Source: Pecten maximus (lineage: Eukaryota). From it: DNA of 64,000 nucleotides. The stretch spans positions 11,284,001 through 11,348,000 of the forward strand of contig NC_047026.1 in the NCBI RefSeq assembly GCF_902652985.1, given 5' to 3'. The translations under genes and the position numbers were made by a program. The notes below the pieces were generated by a model. That model saw only the letters and a list, made by a program, of their open reading frames with translations. It did no database searches and was not told the DNA's origin. This document shows, one piece after another, positions 39,165 through 51,400 of this stretch; position 1 is the stretch's first letter, and the number at the start of each line of letters is the position of its first letter.

Positions 39165-42100
39165 TTAATTAACATTGACTTTCTCAAAGTATTCCTTGGA
39201 TTCAGTGGGGTTTGGCTTAATGGTCGCACCATCTGGTTTCCAGTTAGCTGGACAAACTGAAAAAGAAATACACATCTCTTTCAATGGTAAAACACATGAA
39301 AAGAAAATTTCAGAACATCTACAGGGCTTAAAATGGACATTTTTACCAGGTGGCCTATTTGGCTACCAAGTCATAAAATCTAGGCGCCAAAAATTGGAAA
39401 AGTTAGTTGCCTAGCCTAGTTGTCTTAAATTAAAAAAAAAACATCTTCATTCTTTAGATCAGTATCACATCTCTATGTAACTTTTTTAACTGTGAATGTC
39501 ATTTTAGCATTGACTGCAACCTTCGCAAGATACACAGTTTTGTTTCAGTGGCCATGCAGGCACCTTATAGGTCAATAATTGGTCGCCAATGGTTAATTTA
39601 AGGCGCCATGTCCACTGAAATAGGCGCCACTTTGAGCACTTGTCTATGTCAGCACAAAAATAATTTAAGCAATTGTCTCAAAATGATTTATATCTTCATT
39701 CAAGCTTTAAAAGTTTTCTCTATTTAGACACCACCTTTCAGCACCCTTGAGGATAATATTTTCCTTTACACCTGATTCCTTGGTAAACGGGGTGCGTCCT
39801 AGCAAATTTAATGGAAATATGATCAACTGTTCAGGAGGAAAGTTTTTTTTCATAAACAGGGAAGTTTGGTGATCTGAATCAATTCCTTGATATCATCTTC
39901 GGAGAAAGAGATTGGTTATGATCCCAAGGAATTTTTTTAACACACAGCTTCGATTCATTATGGTTGCTGCTCTTTCAAATTTTCTTTCTACCAGGTACTA
40001 AATATTCTGTACTAAATAAGTATAAGAAGAACATTAATATCGCTTGAAACCTCGTAATTTGAAAGAAAATTTATGTCGTGTTAAAGAAGATTCTGAAAAA
40101 GGATGTGTAACCTTACCCTCTCCATGCTTCTCTACAAACTGAAAAGCCTGAATAAGACGTATCGTCTCATCTACTGATCGTCCTACAGGTAAATCATTTA
40201 TAGTCATCTGTCGCACAATGCCCTCCGGATCAATCAGAAATAATCCTCTACAAAACAAAGAACGTCAAATTCATGTACGATATAGCTTTACCGCTGTTGC
40301 AGATATTTCAGGATAGAAATAACCCAAATAAGGTTGGTGTGTGTTTCTTTTGTTTAAGAACACAAAAAAAATAATGATTTCCATATTCTGGTTTGTTTTC
40401 CTATTAAAGGTTGAAAATCTGTTTTCAGAACTGAATAGAAAATGTTCAGCCCTACCTACCTACCGATATGTAAGACCCCCTGGTTGGGTTACAGCAAACC
40501 AAGATAATTTTAAGGGTGGCCTGACATACTGTATTCAACTCCAATATAATTCTAGCTTACAGGTAAATTCAAACAAGGTGTAGTTAAGAAATCTGATATT
40601 TATATTTTGCCTACCCCGGCCCAGTTGTTAAAAAGGTAATAAGACTAATCACAGTACAACAACAATTTTAAAATCTTGATAAAATAATTTTTGGTTAAAT
40701 TAAAAAAAGCTAAATTTTATGAAACCATGACACTCGTCAGTCTCTTCAGAAGTAAAGGAGAAATAAGATTTTTACTGATAAAGTGATTAAGCTAATCACA
40801 TTTTAACAACAATTTTAAAATCCTGATAAAATCATTTCTGGTAAAACTAACTTGACAGAATTTTATTAAACTAACAACACTTCTCACTGTCTGCATACAT
40901 GTCTATTTACAGTAAAGGAAAAATGAGATTTTTCACTAATAAAGTGATTAAGCTAATCACCTTCTGAACAACTTGGCCCTGGAACTTACCGTAGTGCCAC
41001 ACCATCATCTTCCAGGAGGACACCATATTCACGGGAGATCTCCTTTTTGAAATCTGCCAACAAGGGATAGTTCAGACCACCTAGACCTCCTTCCTGTAAT
41101 ATCAATGTATTCAACTTGTGGCTGGGCTAAGTTTGTTATTATTTTAGTCATTAATGTCGTTCTTTATTGACATATACTGAAAGATAAATTATGTGTCTCA
41201 GTTAGAGATTAGAGTTAACTCTTTTGTTCTGATCAATACGTGGCAGGGGGGTGGGTGGAGACAAAATGTCCCAGAAGGTCGTGAATCGTAGAAATCCAGA
41301 GGAACCAGCTGTGGATACAAGTGTATAACATGAGTTCTCTCCAAAAATCCAGGTAATGTGTGCATAAACAACCTTCGTGTAATTTTATGCACACATCTTT
41401 TGTACTGAGGTTAATTTTTGTTTTCAAATTTACGTAGCTGTAACAGATGTCAATAGTACTAGCAATGGTAAAATGATAATTAAACTGCCAGGCAATTAGC
41501 ATGAAAAAGAGAGAAAACTAACTCAATGCCATCTATTTTCATTTTCCTTTCTACAACAGACAGATTGCATGCCAAGAAATTTGGCCCCATTAATTAGTTC
41601 CAATTTAAACAATATATAATTCAAATATACTTACATATTACATCACAATACAATCACATCTATTGGTAGGACTGGAAAACCAGCTATAAGTTTATAGTAA
41701 TTTCTCTCCTAGTTCCAATTTCTTACTACTCGCATTTTACATTGAGACTTGAAAAACCTAGTAATCAAAAAACACACTATGCTGTGTTGATTTTTCTTCA
41801 GAAATTTATATATTCCAGGCACAAAGTTCCCTAAAAATCTATGTTAACAAATTAAGGTAGCTTACCTTCCTCGGGGTGTTGATCCAGGCGAGGTGACTGA
41901 AGTGCGAGTCTGTGGACACGCCTATCACCTCTGTGTCAAGGTCACGGAATCTCTGTATGTTGTCACTAAATGCTATGATTTCTGTCGGACATACAAATGT
42001 ACTGAAAACCAGGAAAAATAGTTCTTGACTTAGGGTTTGTAAATAACGATTTTAAGTGGTGGGCTGATGATAAAAAATAATTGAAAAAATTGTCAAAACA

Positions 42101-45100
42101 AAAAACTGATCATCAATGAAAATTTTGAAAAGGCAATTAATTGGAAATTTCTGAAAGTGTTTGTAAATCTGGTTTTACATATTTTTGTAATGTTACTGAA
42201 CCAATAAGTAGTTTATCTTAAATTTTATCAATGTATTTATTAGTTGTTCACAAGCAATTAAGGAGATTCAAAAATATTAACAACTGTTAAATGCTTTGTT
42301 TGTGTTCATTATCAAAAATATTGATAACAAAGGCTTAAGACATGTAATAAATGTACTGTTACATTGATTTTCTACAAAAGCCTTAAAGGGCAATTCTGTG
42401 CTACATTTAGAAAACTTATTATAATCGATAATCGATCGATTTTTAGTTTCCAATTATCCATTCTGAATGTGAGATTGATTCCCAATGATATTAAAGTGAT
42501 AAAACAATCAGTAAAAACATGCAGTAAGAAACTGTTACATGCAGGTACTTACAAGTCCAATGGATAGAAAAACAGCACAAGGTATTTCCCCTTGAAATCT
42601 GCTAAGGAAATATTTTTGAACTGGCCATCAACAACAGCTACACCCTGAAAGTCTGGTGCTGGGTTCTGGACAGAAGCAGAAAGGAGCTTAGGACCTGAAA
42701 GTATTTGTTTTACAAAAGTACACCTTTAATGAAGTATGGCAAGGGTAATAATTCGTGTCCTAACATCAATTATGGTAAATAAAAAATAATATGGAATATA
42801 TGGTGGTAATTTACCATGTAATAATTATGGATTTATTAATAAATGGACAAAAGTACATTGTAGCAAGAGTCCGATAATTAAAATAATACAGGTCAACAGA
42901 AAAATCAATTTTTCAAGGAAACATGATTTAATTGATTTAAACATATTTAATGCCTCAAAGTTGAGCAGAGGCTTAGGCACAAGTTTTTTCAACTTATTAA
43001 TGCCTTTTCCTTTAATACAGTTCATATATTGATATTTACACAATAGCATTTTACAAGTCATACAAATCATAATATATAACAAGAGCTGTTGGAGAACAGC
43101 ATAGCTCATCTCACAAATGTTTGTCAATAAATAATTGAAATATATTAATTGGAATGGTTTCGCAAATTGCATTAATAATATTTATATTGTTTACTTGATC
43201 AGATTATGTTTTGTGAATTCATGCAATTCTCAAAACCATACCAATTTATATATATATAAATTATTTATTGACAAAAATTTGGGAGACAAGCTATGCTGTT
43301 GTAGATTAAATGAAGATATTAAACACAAATGTAATTGCTTTTGGACATATTTCTTCAATTTTTTGACAACATATCCTAATGAGAGTTGTCTCCCTTGAAA
43401 AATGTGGACCAGTATAAATTGTCTATTGTGATGTTTTCATATTGTTTTATATTCAGTTTCACCCCAAGAAAGGATAGTGTAACTCCATAGGGACTCTTTT
43501 ACCAAATATCAGCACTCTAGTACAATCATAAAGTGATGTATTAAAAAGATTTCAACATTTGCATGAAAATTTTTAAAAAATGTGTTTTTTCCTCAAAAAA
43601 ATATTTCAGTTTAACTCAGGAAAGGGAAAGTTTAACCCCCACAGGGAACCTAATACCATGTATTACTATGCCTTTCAACACTCACAATATAAACTTAACA
43701 CAAAGTCCAAAGATTTAAAAAAAAAAAAAAAAAACAACAACACAGATTTAAAAAGAAAAAATCTAATTTTTTTTAAAAGTTTTACTCCAGGAAGGGATTG
43801 TCTTACTCCATAGGGACTCTATTGCCAATTCAACACCTTCTATACTTCACACTTAAAACCGCGAAATATTCTAAGCCCAAAATTTGAAAATCTGGTTTTC
43901 AAAAATCTTTAGTTTACTTTTCTCACCCCAACCCCAATATCACACCCTTTTAAGTTGATTAATCCTCACCCCACCGCTCCACACGGGCGATAGTACTCCG
44001 CGGGGATGTTTGACCCCACAGGGACCATATTACCATAAATTACTATGCCTTTCAATGCTTGCAACAAAAATTTAACATTTGGAAAACCAACGTCGACGCC
44101 GGAGTGACAACATAAACTCTCACTCTTCTTCGAAGAGACGAGCTAATTAATACATTTTACTTAAAACCTGTTGCTGGATTTGATGAAAATTTGCATGGGT
44201 GTCTGAAAACTTCTGTATCAATGTTTACGGACAGATTTTCTTTTCCAAATATAAAAGTCTAGCCTATGAAAAAAATGATCAGATGAATTTCACTGTTCAT
44301 TTGCCTATTTTACCTGTACTAAACTGTCTTGTAGTTAGGTTCATCAAGCTAGGTCTGTACTGTTTTAAGCATGATTTTGCAATATGAACACTTCTACCTC
44401 TGCCAAACTGCAAAATGTTGGCAAACTTCTTTACCTGAAACCAAGAGAGAAAAAACCTCAAATACATCAATCATAATATTCACAGAAAGAGCGTTTAATA
44501 CCTGTATATATATTGTACCTGATTTATCCAGATATACAGATTTCCATCATCTGATTTTAAAGTGTACCCTGAACAATAAACGATAATCAAATATGTTATT
44601 CTTTGTAACCACCAAAGAAGAATGTCGCAAACTGCATCAAAATCGGTTGGCCGAGTGCCGAGATATCGCACATCGAAGTACGCGATTTGCACCTGTCGGA
44701 CGACTGCTAATCAGCGTATCGGTCAGTCACACTGATTTGGAACTCTTCAGTCCATGACGTTACAGGTTGAACGGAGTGACTGTTATGGTGGCCAGTAGCA
44801 TAGAGGACAGTGTGAACATTATCAGCACAAACATGTCTGAATACGATCTGGACATGAGATTTGAGTTTGTTGAATTTGGCGAATATTGCCGACACGAAGT
44901 CGAAATCCAACAATATAAGTTTGAGTTTGAAAAAAAAAAAATTAGTGAAATTGACTCTGAAAATGGCCGCTTGGTTAACAGTACACAAACTGGTGTAATA
45001 ATCGGTCAATAAATGTATATTAGTTATGTGTTTACCATTTCTTACTCATTACCAAAGAAATGAACACAGCATCAACATTTTTAACTAAAATAATGTGTCA

Positions 45101-48100
45101 TTTCATTCGCAAATTAATATTCAAATAAACATACCAACAATACAACAGTTCTGGATACTCTAATTTGTGAGAAAAGACGAACACACGTACAGTAAATTCA
45201 TGCGTTATATTCTATACAAAACCTGCTTCTAGTCATGAACTTAATTTAGAAAGTAATACATTATAATCATCATGATCTACAATAGACTAATTCTCTTTCC
45301 CGTATGAATATCAGTGTTGAAGTCTACAACAAACTTCTACATATACAGATTTTATCCCTTATTTTACATGCCATGGTTTCAGGGATTAACGACGATTAAA
45401 TGCTTGAGAAAGATATAATTTACATACGATCGTTGTCAGTGAAATTATATAAAAGTGATTCGCAACAATTATAAAATAATTGATACTTTCTGTATAGGTA
45501 TAGGCTAAAGCATAGGTACTTATTAAAACCATCATTTTAACTTCGTTTTTTATGATAAAACACATACAATTTATTTCATCATGACTAATCATAATTAATA
45601 CTAAAACTTATAAACTCGAAATGATTTTCGTGCATGATTTTTTTCTTCGAATTTTATGTATTTTTTGCTATTATTTTTGTAATTGTGTCATTATTATGAA
45701 GTGATCGAGATCCTTGTGGTTTTGCTTTCCATTCGTGTCGCAAAGTCATATCTTCACTTAAAAAGGGACTTTTAAAAGATGTATAAACATGTTCGGAGAA
45801 TTGTGAATTCTCAAGTTTGAATGGGTTAGTATAACGCTAAACAATTACCAGGTGTGAAATTACTGTCCATAAGCTCGTGACACCTGTCACTGCACCACAG
45901 GTGTCTGTGATTTCTGGTGTTCTAATCAGCACACGCCGATAATTGCTTGTGAGTTCACGCGTTTGGTTTCTGTGCACTTCAAAAAAGTTCCGAAGACATG
46001 CTTTTACAGGTTGTACATCAATTGAGCTTGAATTTGATTAAGAATTGCGTTTATACTATAGGGAAAACATTTTCAAGTTGATGAAATCAAACACATTATT
46101 TTTGGAATTCAGTGAGTTTCGTTTTCCTTACAAACGAAAAAAATCGTATCTCAAAGGTTTGTCTATAGAATAATTAACCTAAGTTACCTCATTCATATAT
46201 ATACCCATGATGTTGAAAATTTACTCTATGAATCTTGTCTGGGAGTTACTGATCTTTCATGGACACGTTTTATCAATTGCAGACAATTACCCAAAAATCA
46301 CAAATAACGGTATCATTGCTATTTTGGCTAATAAAAAATTCAAAATGATTAGCATTTATTCACATCTTCTATGAATTGTATTTTAAACTTGTATTACTAG
46401 AAGTATTATAACCGAAATCAATACTGGTAATTTGTATGTAACAAACCGGTCATGCCCTCATAATAAGGGCTATATGATGTAAGTCGTTATAAATGGCCCG
46501 TTATTCAAATGTCATACATGTTACAACGACCCGTTAAAATAAAAAAAAAATTAATATAAAATAAATAAGATGATACACGTACGTTGTATTTGGCCCGTTA
46601 TAATAGAAAATTAGTAAGATGTTACAAGTTCAAGTTCATTTATTACTTTGAGTCTTACATGTTGTATATGGCTCGTTATGAGAGAAAATTAGTGAGATGC
46701 TACATGTTATATATGGCACCGTTTAAAAAGAAAATTATATGTCCCTGGTTTCGGTAGCACTTGTTATTAACTAATTCACAAATATAACTAAGAGAGTTTA
46801 TTCAGCACTCTCCTTTTTGTTGTCTTATTCGCATCAATTGCAGGCACGTGTTCACGTTTGTTTCTATATATTTCCTATATGCCGGCTCCGATCGTGTTCA
46901 ACCTGTGACGTCACAGGTCAGAGGTCACCAAAAACGAGGTATTCGGCTTTGGTCTTCAGGTGTGTTTTCGAGAAAAATCGCAATTACTCGGTAATGGGTC
47001 GGCCGATTTTGATGCGGTTTTCTGCATTCTTGTTTATTAATCAATACGAATAACATATATTCAAATATAATTTTTCGTTCAGGGTACACTTTAATGAACA
47101 GTTCCCAATCTAAGGATGCATATCACTATCATCATTTGATTCTATACAACAACAACTTGCAGTTAGTGTCCAGGGCATCCAGTAGAACCTTGAGAGTATG
47201 TTTTTGACTCCCCAAAATCAGATTTGACTCTTGAGTTTGAAGGAGCATGTCTATTTGACATAATGTTTTGACCCTTCATATTTCTGAGAAAAGGTGATTT
47301 GACTTCTGAAATTGCTAAAAGTCAAGGGTCAACTGGATGCCCTGGTGTCAATTTTTAAGAATTGTTTATTTCGTAACATCATGAATAATATCATCTTCAA
47401 TATTCTGCGATTTAGAACACAAAGTTTTATATTTGTAATCACATAATTACTGGGGTGTAACATTTTAACAAAAAAATACTCCTACATGCATGAGAGGATG
47501 CAATGGAATTATATAACTCGCTCTCAATTCCTCCCAATCACAGGGGCATGTTACAATAAAAATGTATACATGAAATGATTAAAAATGTATGTGGGTCAGT
47601 TTAAACAATAATGTATATATGAAATGATTAAAAACGTATGTGGGTCAGTGTATGTAAGATAACAATAAGCTAGTTTTTAATTATCATGTTCATGTGAGTG
47701 TCCTGATCATGATTAGTGATAAATTTATATCAATTACTGATAATCATGTATTCATATTGATATATAAAATAATAATAGCAATAGATCTAGATTAATTAAC
47801 CGATATAGTGTCCAATTGTTGTTATTTTCTTTTTTACATATAATAAATTAAACTTGCCAAAGTTGCACAGAATACCACGTTGTTAGTGAGATAAATGGTT
47901 AATGTTGCATAACTAATTATATGGATGTTTATCGTTGAGGTTCATTTATCACAGATAATCAGTACAATGGGTATAGATATCATATTATCAAATTATCTAC
48001 AATAGGGGTGTAACCTATTTCGGTTACATAATTTCGTCTATGAGAGGAAACCCAGTTTGTCGGCAGTTCATGAACTAATTATTTACAGCATTTAAGGAAG

Positions 48101-48225
48101 CCTATAATGAATATCATTAAATTTCTCGATAAAACAAGAGCTAACTTCTTATTTTTACAGAAATTAAAATCAAATTACATTATTCTTACCCCAAACCTAA
48201 GAAACGTGCTACCGGTGGAAGCCAT
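39165..48225 (-). CDS. PRDX3: Mitochondrial typical 2-Cys peroxiredoxin (peroxiredoxin 3), 253 aa
   Basis: Exons 48225-48190, 44434-44314, 42694-42553, 42001-41866, 41093-40990, 40247-40117, 39256-39165. Arg/Ser-rich transit peptide ending RQFSTG, FYPLDFTFVCPTE peroxidatic motif, GGLG, HGEVCPANW resolving motif and C-terminal YF motif. Confidence 0.96.
40617..40981. mobile_element. MITE with terminal inverted repeats in a PRDX3 intron
   Basis: GGCCCAGTTGTTAAAAAGGTAATAAGACTAATCAC at the left end and GTGATTAAGCTAATCACCTTCTGAACAACTTGGCC at the right end, with internal direct repeats. Confidence 0.65.
43460..44146 (-). mobile_element. Pearl/HINE-like element fragment in PRDX3 intron 2
   Basis: Terminus CTCTTCTTCGAAGAGACGAGCTAA with palindrome and CGTCGACGCC tract; internal repeats ACTCCATAGGGACTCT / ACCCCACAGGGAC. 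Confidence 0.55.
44561..47090. mobile_element. Degenerate TTAA-specific DNA transposon (Kolobok-like), ~2.5 kb, in PRDX3 intron 1
   Basis: TTAA|AGTGTACCCTGAAC at the left end and GTTCAGGGTACACT|TTAA at the right end; imperfect TIR extends ~110 bp (CATCAAAATCGG / CCGATTTTGATG). Confidence 0.75.
47171..47344. mobile_element. 174-bp MITE with CAGGG termini and 5-bp TSD
   Basis: GTGTC|CAGGGCATCCAGT ... ACTGGATGCCCTG|GTGTC. Confidence 0.85.
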
Positions 48226-48457
48226 GATGCAATAATCATCGTTGTGAGAACGCTTGTTTAACTAGGTCCCTTCGAATCAAACGCATTCGTGACTCGCAAT
48301 ATCTTTTATTCAGCTGGTTCTCAAGAACGTTTTACATCTACAGGCTAGGGCATAGTGCTGAGAGATACATTTCTACTCTGAACAACACGATTTTTACGGA
48401 GAAGAGGAACGCACCACCGTAGACCACGACAGTAAATGTTATCAAACGATATCGAAA
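48226..48457. promoter_or_regulatory. Bidirectional promoter region shared by PRDX3 and LSM1
   Basis: Divergent start codons at 48225 (-) and 48458 (+), with 232 bp between them. Confidence 0.75.
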
Positions 48458-51400
48458 ATGAGTTATCTTCCAGGAACGGCGAGCTTAGTTGAAGAAATAG
48501 ATAGTATGGAAGATTTTCTTAGTCTTGAAATACTCAATAACCGTTATAACCTTGTTGCCGATATCCCTACTCCAACAATGTTAGAGGTTTTACACGGCGA
48601 GATACTTTTGACAGGCGCCGTGTAATATCCGATAGAAAAAGAGCCGACCAGCGGCCTCTTATGTTATAGGAGTACCGATATCCCATGTGCAATTTATACA
48701 AAACAGTTAATTTTTCTAACTTTCATGCTATATTCCAATATCATAATTGATTCCAAACGTGTATAATTATTTAGATTTACACATGCATAAACATTTGGTA
48801 AATTATTTATGTAATCCAGGTGTGATCTGTATTTTATACAATGCTTTACCAGAAAAAATAATTAATAAAGAAAATCATTCAGACCAGAGACATATATAGA
48901 GAGATAAGTAACATCGCTATTTTCCTGTACAAGTGGTGGCTCCCTTTATTCGTGACCACTCAAGCATATCCCTTATCGAGAGCGCCCTGTCCCCTATCAA
49001 ACACAGGTAAATATGGCTTTGCGCATGTGTGTATCGATGTACTGGAACTTATTTGACATGTTCTGGTTAATCCGCCATTACGTCGGACCAAAACATCGTC
49101 ATTTTAAATACACACAAAAAGCACATCGTTTTATTTTGGCCACTACAAAAGTTACCACATTAACCAAAAACTATCATACTTATGGGATATAGTCTTATTG
49201 ATCATGCACATTGTTGTCATTTATCCGTATTTTCGAAGATCCATTGGGTCCTATTCGACATGTCCAAGTTTTGTAATTAAGCAGCCATTATGTCAGACCA
49301 AAACATCGTCAATTTTAAATGCACACAAAAAGCACATTGTTTTATTCAGGCCACTACAAAAGTTACCACATTAACCAAAAACTATCATACTTAATAAGCC
49401 GATCTTTCCTGCGGTGTGCTTGACTTTCATACTCAAAATACAAACACTTGGACAGCAAATTGTGATATATTTCATATTGATGACACTTCTGCACTTTGAT
49501 ATTAATAAAATTAAAGCACATAATTGGATCTTGGTGATGATTTCAAATAGAAATTATCGATAATTATGTGTCTGGTTTTCAAGTTTTCTCCAATATGGCG
49601 TCTAATGAAGACTGAACCGAGCGACCGCAAAGGATTGTGGGAAGGTCAGGGGCCACTATGTAAACACAAGGGCAAATAGAGAGCTGCCAATCTCTCTGTA
49701 TATATGTCTCTGGTATGGAAGATTTTCTTAGTTTTGAAATACTCAATATAGCTTTGTTGCCGGTAATGAATCCAGAAAAAATGGATATCCCATGTGCAAA
49801 ACATTTATTTTTTTAAATTTCATGCAATATTGCGATTTCATAATTGATCCCAAACGTGTATAATTATTTAAATTTACCTTAACATTTTGGTAAATTATGT
49901 AATCCATGTGTGATCTGTATTTTTTTACAATGCTTTACCAGAATAAATAATTAATAAAAAAAATCATTCAGACTAGCTAAAACAATGATATAATTAAATT
50001 AGTCCGAATTTTCTGACGATCGGATCATGTTATGTAGATACAAGTCACAAGGCAGCTTTAAAGGCGATATTAACATTAGAACCCTTCGGATTAGGATAGA
50101 ATATGGTAAAATTTGCCCTTACTATAACCTGTCTAAACCGGATGTCACTGGGAACAGACAGTTTGGCTGGTTTACACAGGTATCTGGTTTATAGAGACTG
50201 GTAATGAGAAATGGGTTTTTACTTAAAATGTTGTTTTAGACTAAAGTGTTATAATGAAACACAGGTATATATTTATATGTACTTTTATATGTTATTATTT
50301 TATAAAACGAGTCGGGCACCTGTGAATGAATTTTTGCACATTTTAATGGAATCATTTTATATTTTGCCAGAAAAACTTTTGGTTGTTTTACGTGACGGAA
50401 GGACACTGATTGGATTTCTAAGAAGTATTGACCAGTTTGGTAAGTTGTTTCTTTTTTGTAATTTTTTGTTTTTTGAAAATTATTGATACATTGAAAATAC
50501 CTGCATATTTTTTTCTCTATGCATCATGTCTGTATGTGAAAATAAAATAAAAAATCAATTTGAATTCGAAGATTAGACACACTTTCACTCCCACACATTT
50601 CAGTTCATAAAGATTTTTAGGTCACCTGAGACGAAGTCTCAAGTAACCTATTCTAATCGCCTTTTGTCCGTCGTCGTCCGTCGTGCATCCGTAAACTATT
50701 TACATTTTCGACTTCTTCTCCAAAACCACTTAACCAAATTCAATGAAATTTGGCAGAAAGTTACTATGGCTGAAGGTCAACCAAAATTGTGAATTATCAG
50801 AGGTTAATCTAGACCATTTTTACTACCGAAATTGGGTAGTTTTCCCCATTGATGGTGTTTTCCCCTTTGAATAAAAACAAATTCCCCACCTAGAAAAAGT
50901 GCCATAAAACGGGAAAATTCTCCAAAACAGGGGATATCCCCAAATTTTGATGAAATATGTAAGAATTATAGCAAATAATAGCTGTCAAATGTTAAAATTT
51001 AAAGAATAATCCAAGACACTGTCGCCCCTTTATTTCCCCTAAATTTCATAATGGGTAGTATTCCCCAATTCCTAGATTAGCCCCTGATTATATGGTCCCC
51101 ACCCCTCAGGGGCCTGAGGGGTGGGGCCAAAATGGGTCAAATTGACTAAAACTTCAAAAATCTTCTTCTCTACTCTCAGATATGGTGGAGTCAAACACTC
51201 TTCATAGATGGAAGGGTCTTGTGGTGCTTTACCAAAATTGTGAATTTCATGACCCTGGGGTCTCACATTTGCCCCGGGGGAGGGGGTAAACTTTAGTATA
51301 GTTTATATAGGGAAATCACATTTTTGACTATTATTTGTTGGATTTGTATTGGAATTAATTCTAACCTGGATAATATTATCAGCATGGGATAACAGTTTGA

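Noticed and set aside
48467-48476. Perfect GAS motif TTCCAGGAA near the PRDX3/LSM1 promoter
   Set aside because: Lies in conserved LSM1 coding sequence (Leu-Pro-Gly-Thr) and is explained by codons.
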